A DNA stretch of 64,000 nt from positions 12,772,001 through 12,836,000 of the forward strand of contig CM120642.1 in the NCBI GenBank assembly GCA_051362555.1. The letters are read 5' to 3'. This document shows, one piece after another, positions 54,701-64,000 of the stretch. The first letter of the stretch is position 1. The number at the start of each line of letters is the position of its first letter. This DNA is from Lingula anatina (Eukaryota > Animalia > Brachiopoda). The position numbers were made by a program, and so were the translations under genes. The notes beneath the pieces are model-generated. The model saw only the letters and a program-made list of their open reading frames with translations. It did not search any database and was not told where the DNA came from.

Positions 54701-57700
54701 TCATTTCTTTTTACAGGACAAAGAAGATGACGAACGGCCCAATCTGGACATGGACTTCACTCTTTGATCCAAGCTAAGGTTAGTAAATTTTATTTTTTTG
54801 GGGTGGTGGGATGGGTAAATTGAATAAATCTAATCTAGTTTTTCTTTTCTATTTACAGGACAAAGAAGATGACGAGCGACCCCACCTGGACATGGACTTC
54901 ACTCTTGGATCCAAGCTAAGGTTAGTAAATTTTATCTTTTTGATGTGGTGGGATGGGTAAATTGAATAAATCTAATATCATTTTTCATTTCTTTTTACAG
55001 GAGAAAGAAGATGACGAGCGACCCCAACCGGACATGGACTTCACTCTTGGATCCAAGCTAAGGTTAGTAAATTTTATTTTTTTGGGGTGGTGGGATGGGT
55101 AAATTGAATAAATCTAATATCATTTTTCATTTCTTTTTACAGGACAAAGAAGATGACGAGCGACCCCAACCTGACATGGACTTCACTCTTGGATCCAAGC
55201 TAAGGTTAGTAAATTATATTTTTTGGGGGTGGTGGGATGGGTAAATTGAATAAAACTAATCTAGTTTTTCATTTCTATTTACAGGACAAAGAAGATGACG
55301 AGCGACCCCACCTGGACATGGACTTCACTCTTGGATCCAAGCTAAGGTTAGTAAATTTTATATTTTGGGGTGGTGGGATGGGTAAATTGAATAAATCTAA
55401 TCTTGTTTTTCATTTCTTTTTACAGGACAAAGATGACGAGCGACCCCAGCCAGACATGGACTTCACTCTTGGATCCAAGCTAAGGTTAGTAAATTTTATT
55501 TTTTTGATGTGGTGGATTGGGTAAATTGAATAAATCTAATCTTGTTTTTCATTTATTTTTACAGGACAAAGAAGATGACGAGCGACCCCAACCGGACATG
55601 GACTTCACTCTTGGATCTAAACTAAGGTTAGTAAATTTTATTTTTTGGGGTGGTGGGATGGGTACTTTTAATAAATCTAATCTTGTTTTTCATTTCTATT
55701 TACAAGACAAAGAAGATGACGAGCCACCCCAACAGGACATTGACTTCACTCTTGGATTCAAGCTAAGGTTAGTAAATTTGATTTTTTTGGGGTGGTGGGA
55801 TGGGTAAATTGAATAAATCTAATCTTGTTTTTCATTTCTTTTTACAGGACAAAGAAGATGACGAGCGACCCCAACCAGACATGGACTTCACTCTTGGATC
55901 CAATCTAAGGTTAGTAAATTTTATTTTTTTGGGGTGGTGGGATGGGTAAATTGAATAAATCTAATATCATTTTTCATTTCTTTTTACAGGATAAAGAAGA
56001 TGACGAGCGACCCCAACCGGATATGGACTTCACTCTTGGATCCAAGCTAAGGTTAGTAAATTTTATTTTTTGGGGATGGTGGGATGGGTAAATTGAATAA
56101 ATCTAATATCATTTTTCATTTCTTTTTACAGCACAAAGAAGATGACGATCGACCCCAACCGGACATGGACTTCACTCTTGGATCCAAGCTAAGGTTAGTA
56201 AATTTTATTTTTTTGGGGTGGTGGGATGGGTAAATTGAATAAATCTAATCTAGTTTTTCATTTTTATTTACAGGACAAAGAAGATGACGAACGACCCCAA
56301 CCTGACATGGACTTCACTCTTGGATCCAAGCTAAGGTTAGTAAATGTTATTTTTTTGGGGTGGTGGGATGGGTAAATTGAATAAATCTAATCTAGTTTTT
56401 CTTTTCTATTTACAGGACAAAGAAGATGACGAGCGACCCCACCTGGACATGGACTTCACTCTTGGATCCAAGCTAAGGTTAGTAAATTTTATATTTTGGG
56501 GTGGTGGGATGGGTAAATTGAATAAATCTAATCTTGTTTTTCATTTCTTTTTACAGGACAAAGAAGATGACGAGCGACCCCAGCCAGGCATGGACTTCAC
56601 TCTTGGATCCAAGCTAAGGTTAGTAAATTTTATTTTTTTGATGTGGTGGATTGGGTAAATTGAATAAATCTAATCTTGTTTTTCATTTATTTTTACAGGA
56701 CAAAGAAGATGACGAGCGACCCCAACCGGACATGGACTTCACTCTTGGATCTAAACTAAGGTTAGTAAATTTTATTTTTTGGGGTGGTGGGATGGGTAAA
56801 TTAAATAAATCTAATCTTGTTTTTTATTTCTTTTTACAGGACAAAGAAGATGAAGAGCGACCCCACCCGGACATGGACTTCATTCTTGCATCTAAGCTAA
56901 GGTTGGTAAATTTTATTTTTTTGGGGTGGTTGGATGGGTAAAATGAAAAAATCTAATCTTGATTTTCTTTTCTTTTTACAGGACAAAGAAGATGACGAGC
57001 GACCCCACCCGGACATGGACTTCACTCTTGGATCCAAGCTAAGGTTAGTAAATTTTATTTTTTTGGGGGTGTTGGGATGGGTAAATGAATAAACCTAATC
57101 TCTTTTTTCATTTCTTTTTACAGGACAAAGAAGATGACGAACGGCCCAATTTTGACATGGACTTCACTCTTGGATCCAAGCTAAGGTTAGTAAATTTTAT
57201 TTTTTTGGTGTGGTGGGATGGGTAAATTGAATAAATCTAATATCATTTTTCATTTCTTTTTACAGGATAAAGAAGATGACGAGCGACCCCAACCGGATAT
57301 GGACTTCACTCTTGGATCCAAGCTAAGGTTAGTAAATTTTATTTTTTGGGGATGGTGGGATGGGTAAATTGAATAAATCTAATATCATTTTTCATTTCTT
57401 TTTACAGCACAAAGAAGATGACGAGCGACCCCAACCGGACATGGACTTCACTCTTGGATCCAAGCTAAGGTTAGTAAATTTTATTTTTTTGGGGTGGTGG
57501 GATGGGTAAATTGAATAAATCTAATATCATTTTTCATTTCTTTTTACAGGATAAAGAAGATGACGAGCGACCCCAACCGGATATGGACTTCACTCTTGGA
57601 TCCAAGCTAAGGTTAGTAAATTTTATATTTTGGGGTGGTGGGATGGGTAAATTGAATAAATCTAATCTAGTTTTTCATTTCTATTTACAGGACAAAGAAG

Positions 57701-60700
57701 ATGACGAGCGACCCCACCTGGACATGGACTTCACTCTTGGATCCAAGCTAAGGTTAGTAAATTTTATATTTTGGGGTGGTGGGATGGGTAAATTGAATAA
57801 ATCTAATCTTGTTTTTCATTTATTTTTACAGGACAAAGAAGATGACGAGCGACCCCAACCGGACATGGACTTCACTCTTGGATCTAAACTAAGGTTAGTA
57901 AATTTTATTTTTTGGGGTGGTGGGATGGGTAAATTAAATAAATCTAATCTTGTTTTTTATTTCTTTTTACAGGACAAAGAAGATGAAGAGCGACCCCACC
58001 CGGACATGGACTTCATTCTTGCATCCAAGCTAAGGTTGGTAAATTTTATTTTTTTGGGGTGGTTGGATGGGTAAAATGAAAAAATCTAATCTTGATTTTC
58101 TTTTCTTTTTACAGGACAAAGAAGATGACGAGCGACCCCACCCGGACATGGACTTCACTCTTGGATCCAAGCTAAGGTTAGTAAATTTTATTTTTTTGGG
58201 GGTGTTGGGATGGGTAAATGAATAAACGTAATCTCTTTTTTCATTTCTTTTTACAGGACAAAGAAGATGACGAACGGCCCAATTTTGACATGGACTTCAC
58301 TCTTGGATCCAAGCTAAGGTTAGTAAATTTTATTTTTTTGGTGTGGTGGGATGGGTAAATTGAATAAATCTAATATCATTTTTCATTTCTTTTCACAGGA
58401 CAAAGAAGATGACGAGCGACCCCAACCGGACATGGACTTCACTCTTGGATCCAAGCTAAGGTTAGTAAATTTTATTTTTTTGGGGTGGTGGGATGGGTAA
58501 ATTGAATAAATCTAATCTAGTTTTTCATTTTTATTTACAGGACAAAGAAGATGACGAACGGCCCAATCCGGACATGGACTTGACTCTTGGATCCAAGATA
58601 AGGTTAGTAAATTTTATTTTTTTTGGGATGGTGGGATGGGTACTTTTAATAAATCTAATCTTGTTTTTCATTTCTATTTACAAGACAAAGAAGATGACGA
58701 GCCACCCCAACAGGACATTGACTTCACTCTTGGATTCAAGCTAAGGTTAGTAAATTTGATTTTTTTGGGGTGGTGGGATGGGTAAATTGAATAAATCTAA
58801 TCTTGTTTTTCATTTCTTTTTACAGGACAAAGAAGATGACGAGCGACCCCAACCAGACATGGACTTCACTCTTGGATCCAAGCTAAGGTTAGTAAATTTT
58901 ATTTTTTTGGGGTGGTGGGATGGGTAAATTGAATAAATCTAATATCATTTTTCATTTCTTTTTACAGGATAAAGAAGATGACGAGCGACCCCAACCGGAT
59001 ATGGACTTCACTCTTGGATCCAAGCTAAGGTTAGTAAATTTTATTTTTTTGGGGTGGTGGGATGGGTAAATTGAATAAATCTAATATCATTTTTCATTTC
59101 TTTTTACAGCACAAAGAAGATGACGAGCGACCCCAACCTGACATGGACTTCACTCTTGGATCCAAGCTAAGGTTAGTAAATTTTATTTTTTGGGGGTGGT
59201 GGGATGGGTAAATTGAATAAATCTAATATCATTTTTCATTTCTTTTTACAGGACAAAGAAGATGACGAGCGACCCCAACCTGACATGGACTTCACTCTTG
59301 GATCCAAGCTAAGGTTAGTAAATTTTATTTTTTTGGGGTGGTGGGATGGGTAAATTGAATAAATCTAATCTAGTTTTTCTTTTCTATTTACAGGACAAAG
59401 AAGATGACGAGCGACCCCACCTGGACATGGACTTCACTCTTGGATCCAAGCTAAGGTTAGTAAATTTTATATTTTGGGGTGGTGGGATGGGTAAATTGAA
59501 TAAATCTAATCTTGTTTTTCATTTCTTTTTACAGGACAAAGAAGATGACGAGCGACCCCAGCCAGGCATGGACTTCACTCTTGGATCCAAGCTAAGGTTA
59601 GTAAATTTTATTTTTTTGATGTGGTGGATTGGGTAAATTGAATAAATCTAATCTTGTTTTTCATTTATTTTTTACAGGAGAAAAAAGATGACGAGCGACC
59701 CCAACCAGACATGGACTTCACTCTTGGATCTAAACTAAGGTTAGTAAATTTTATTTTTTGGGGTGGTGGGATGGGTAAATTGAATAAATCTAATCTTGTT
59801 TTTCATTTCTTTTTACAGGACAAAGAAGATGAAGAGCAACACCACCGGGACATGGACTTCATTCTTGCATCCAAGCTAAGGTTAGTAAATTTTATTTTTT
59901 TGGGGTGGTGGGATGGGTAAATTGAATAAATCTAATCTTGTTTTTCATTTCTTTTTACAGGACAAAGATGACGAGCGACCCCAGCCAGACATGGACTTCA
60001 CTCTTGGATCCAAGCTAAGGTTAGTAAATTTTATTTTTTTGATGTGGTGGATTGGGTAAATTGAATAAATCTAATCTTGTTTTTCATTTATTTTTACAGG
60101 ACAAAGAAGATGACGAGCAACCCCAACCGGACATGGACTTCACTCTTGGATCTAAACTAAGGTTAGTAAATTTTATTTTTTGGGGTGGTGGGATGGGTAA
60201 ATTAAATAAATCTAATCTTGTTTTTTATTTCTTTTTACAGGACAAAGAAGATGAAGAGCGACCCCACCCGGACATGGACTTCATTCTTGCATCCAAGCTA
60301 AGGTTGGTAAATTTTATTTTTTTGGGGTGGTTGGATGGGTAAAATGAAAAAATCTAATCTTGATTTTCTTTTCTTTTTACAGGACAAAGAAGATGACGAG
60401 CGACCCCACCCGGACATGGACTTCACTCTTGGATCCAAGCTAAGGTTAGTAAATTTTATTTTTTTGGGGGTGTTGGGATGGGTAAATGAATAAACCTAAT
60501 CTCTTTTTTCATTTCTTTTTACAGGACAAAGAAGATGACGAACGGCCCAATTTTGACATGGACTTCACTCTTGGATCCAAGCTAAGGTTAGTAAATTTTA
60601 TTTTTTTGGTGTGGTGGGATGGGTAAATTGAATAAATCTAATATCATTTTTCATTTCTTTTCACAGGACAAAGAAGATGACGAGCGACCCCAACCGGACA

Positions 60701-62864
60701 TGGACTTCACTCTTGGATCCAAGCTAAGGTTAGTAAATTTTATTTTTTTGGGGTGGTGGGATGGGTAAATTGAATAAATCTAATCTAGTTTTTCATTTTT
60801 ATTTACAGGACAAAGAAGATGACGAACGGCCCAATCCGGACATGGACTTGACTCTTGGATCCAAGATAAGGTTAGTAAATTTTATTTTTTTTGGGATGGT
60901 GGGATGGGTACTTTTAATAAATCTAATCTTGTTTTTCATTTCTATTTACAAGACAAAGAAGATGACGAGCCACCCCAACAGGACATTGACTTCACTCTTG
61001 GATTCAAGCTAAGGTTAGTAAATTTGATTTTTTTGGGGTGGTGGGATGGGTAAATTGAATAAATCTAATCTTGTTTTTCATTTCTTTTTACAGGACAAAG
61101 AAGATGACGAGCAACCCCAACCAGACATGGACTTCACTCTTGGATCCAAGCTAAGGTTAGTAAATTTTATTTTTTTGGGGTGGTGGGATGGGTAAATTGA
61201 ATAAATCTAATATCATTTTTCATTTCTTTTTACAGGATAAAGAAGATGACGAGCGACCCCAACCGGATATGGACTTCACTCTTGGATCCAAGCTAAGGTT
61301 AGTAAATTTTATTTTTTTGGGGTGGTGGGATGGGTAAATTGAATAAATCTAATATCATTTTTCATTTCTTTTTACAGCACAAAGAAGATGACGAGCGACC
61401 CCAACCTGACATGGACTTCACTCTTGGATCCAAGCTAAGGTTAGTAAATTTTATTTTTTGGGGGTGGTGGGATGGGTAAATTGAATAAATCTAATATCAT
61501 TTTTCATTTCTTTTTACAGGACAAAGAAGATGACGAGCGACCCCAACCTGACATGGACTTCACTCTTGGATCCAAGCTAAGGTTAGTAAATTTTATTTTT
61601 TTGGGGTGGTGGGATGGGTAAATTGAATAAATCTAATCTAGTTTTTCTTTTCTATTTACAGGACAAAGAAGATGACGAGCGACCCCACCTGGACATGGAC
61701 TTCACTCTTGGATCCAAGCTAAGGTTAGTAAATTTTATATTTTGGGGTGGTGGGATGGGTAAATTGAATAAATCTAATCTTGTTTTTCATTTCTTTTTAC
61801 AGGACAAAGAAGATGACGAGCGACCCCAGCCAGGCATGGACTTCACTCTTGGATCCAAGCTAAGGTTAGTAAATTTTATTTTTTTGATGTGGTGGATTGG
61901 GTAAATTGAATAAATCTAATCTTGTTTTTCATTTATTTTTTACAGGAGAAAAAAGATGACGAGCGACCCCAACCAGACATGGACTTCACTCTTGGATCTA
62001 AACTAAGGTTAGTAAATTTTATTTTTTGGGGTGGTGGGATGGGTAAATTGAATAAATCTAATCTTGTTTTTCATTTCTTTTTACAGGACAAAGAAGATGA
62101 AGAGCGACCCCACCCGGACATGGACTTCATTCTTGCATCCAAGCTAAGGTTAGTAAATTTTATTTTTTTGGGGTGGTGGGATGGGTAAATTGAATAAATC
62201 TAATATCATTTTTCATTTCTTTTTACAGGACAAAGAAGATGACAAGCGACCCCACTCAGACATGGACTTCACTCTTGGATCCAAGCTAAGGTTGGTAAAT
62301 TTTATTTTTTTGGGGTGGTGGGATGGGTAAAAGAATAAACCTAATCTCTTTTTTCATTTCTTTTTACAGGACAAAGAAGATGACGAACGGCCCAATCTGG
62401 ACATGGACTTCACTCTTGGATCCAAGCTAAGGTTAGTATATTTTATTTTTTTGGGGTGGTGGGATGGGTAAATTGAATAAATCTAATATCATTTTTCATT
62501 TCTTTTTACAGGACAAAGAAGATGACAAGCGACCCCACTCAGACATGGACTTCACTCTTGGATCCAAGCTAAGGTTAGTAAATTTTATCTTTTTGCTGTG
62601 GTGGGATGGGTAAATTGAATAAATCTAATATCATTTTTCATTTCTTTTTACAGGACAAAGAAGATGACGAGCGACCCCAACCTGACATGGACTTCACTCT
62701 TGGATCCAAGCTAAGGTTAGTAAATTTTATTTTTTTGGGGTGGTGGGATGGGTAAATTGAATAAATCTAATATCATTTTTCATTTCTTTTTACAGGACAA
62801 AGAAGATGACGAGCGACCCCAACCTGACATGGACTTCACTCTTGGATCCAAGCTAAGGTTAGTA
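9752..62864 (+). repeat. ~53-kb tandem array of a ~142-bp unit (about 370-375 copies); each unit is a 62-nt exon-like segment plus an 80-nt intron-like segment
   Basis: Consensus GACAAAGAAGATGACGAGCGACCCCAMCYRGACATGGACTTCACTCTTGGATCCAAGCTAAG gttagtaaattttatttttttggggtggtgggatgggtaaattgaataaatctaatcttgtttttcatttctttttacag. First exon-like copy 9780-9841, last 62796-62857. One BamHI site (GGATCC) in most units. Copy number estimated as span/142. Confidence 0.98.
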
Positions 62865-63689
62865 CGGTAATTCTCCAATCTATACGAACGATTAAAATTA
62901 ATTATTTTTGGAAGATAATCATTTTGTTTGTAAGGCTTGAAATTCAGTCTGCTAAAAATTGCCACGCGTTCGTATCAATTGAAATACGGATGGAATACGG
63001 CTGTACCTGAAGTTATTTCCACTTACCTACATTGCTAAGTGTAAGCATTACTTTCAGATTAAATCACTGTGATCAGCTAAAAGCACAAACAAATTATTCT
63101 TGCAATATTGCAATGAATTAAAACAAACTAAACAAAAGTCGGGAATTCAAGTTAAAAAACAATTTCTTCATACTAAAGAGGTACATTTCTCCCAAGACAA
63201 GACAACATCGTTTTTCCCTGTTATGTTTTACCAAAACAGGACAACATCGTTTTTCCCAACTTCTGTCAAAAACAGACACGAATATTTTCGTATCCAGTTG
63301 CATATTTTATTTATTGCATGTTTACTTTTAATATGATTTCACATATAGAAAATTTGCAATATTAATAATGTCACCCCCCCCCCCCATTAGGCCTAAATAA
63401 ATTTCTCCCGCCAAAACAAAATACTTGAAACTCCTCAGTAGATATCACTGACGTTAATAGAGATTATACTTGATATAAAAAAATAACATCAGCTCAATTC
63501 AAGTCTATTTATGAAAGTCTTATACAGCATATTAATTTGCACGCAATCAATGTAAACTTAATTAGAAAAAATACAGAAAACTGCAGGCAAATTTGTATAA
63601 GGTCATACGGCACCTTTATTTTTCACAATCACTAATATCAGTAAGGTTTACCTAATAGTTGTTCATGAGACAAGGTCTTTAACAAGGAA

Positions 63690-63712
63690 AAACAAACAAA
63701 CAAACAAACAAA
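63690..63712. repeat. (AAAC)n microsatellite
   Basis: Read directly; about 5 copies. Confidence 0.85.
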
Positions 63713-63833
63713 AAAGTACATTAACTTTATCACAACTCCAATTAGAAAAATAAATACAATACAAGACAGAACTCTTAAAAAAATTAATTTCCTGATGACT
63801 ACCAAAAACAAATGAAAAACTCGATCATTGACA

Positions 63834-63974
63834 ATGGATTTCTCATACTCTTCTGTTGTGCGTGGGTTTCAAGTTTATAGATTTTACTAGAAACCAGTTA
63901 TCGGTGAAACACTGATGGTGGATGTTGATGATCCAGTCGGCCGGCAGAAGTTAAGAAATGATAATAAACAGTAA
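63834..63974 (+). pseudogene. Decayed HIRAN-like domain coding fragment
   Basis: MDFSYSSVVRGFQVYRFY*KPVIGETL... fits the S.VRG.HVY...W.P.IGE.L motif of stand-alone invertebrate HIRAN-like proteins; TAG (63888-63890) sits where Trp TGG is expected. Confidence 0.6.
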
Positions 63975-64000
63975 GTAATTTATGCGTACTGATGCTGTCA

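Larger units (their letters stand above)
62865..64000. mobile_element. Possible decayed TA-targeting DNA transposon (Tc2/pogo-like) abutting the array
   Basis: The array stops at TA, followed by CGGTAATTCTCCAATCTATACG, which resembles CCGTA-type termini. A HIRAN-like relic lies ~1 kb inside. No second terminal repeat or transposase is visible. Confidence 0.3.

Noticed and set aside
10301-62188. Dozens of 68-190 aa ORFs (MGKLNKSNLVF...) as a family of small genes
   Set aside because: They are by-products of T-run length variants in the tandem unit, cross the intron-like segment and have no individual gene context.
9780-62857. A single giant repeat-protein gene with ~375 constitutive exons
   Set aside because: The 62-nt exon shifts frame; the second copy always ends in TAA, and many copies have internal stops.
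9752-62864. CRISPR array or other prokaryotic repeat-spacer system
   Set aside because: The whole unit is repeated with no unique spacers, no cas genes are present, and the context is a spliceosomal eukaryote.
63100-63336. Overlapping short ORFs and an 18-bp direct repeat (GACAACATCGTTTTTCCC at 63201 and 63240)
   Set aside because: No recognisable protein; the repeat is most simply a small local duplication.

Overview
AT-rich, intron-containing metazoan DNA; a bivalve mollusc is plausible from the repeat types, but that is inference. 310-3326 (+) holds seven phase-consistent coding exons of WDR55. Next come degenerate repeats, a Helentron/HINE-like element with ~160-bp internal repeats, minus-strand exon-like fragments of an unidentified and probably decayed gene (6.5-8.1 kb), and an internally deleted Rex1/Babar LINE (8.8-9.46 kb). 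About 53 kb (9752-62864) is one head-to-tail array of roughly 370-375 copies of a ~142-bp unit. Each unit reads as a complete splicing cassette: a 62-nt exon (DKEDDERPQPDMDFTLGSKLR, phase 0 in, phase 2 out) plus an 80-nt GT-AG intron with G-runs, a CTAAT branch point and a polypyrimidine tract. Joining two copies creates a stop, so at most one copy fits in a coding mRNA. The array is therefore either a very large mutually exclusive exon bank or a satellite born from one exon-intron unit. It has layered higher-order repeats and ends at a TA followed by transposon-like DNA carrying a decayed HIRAN-like frame. All counts and spacings were read by eye or taken from the ORF track, with no database searches.
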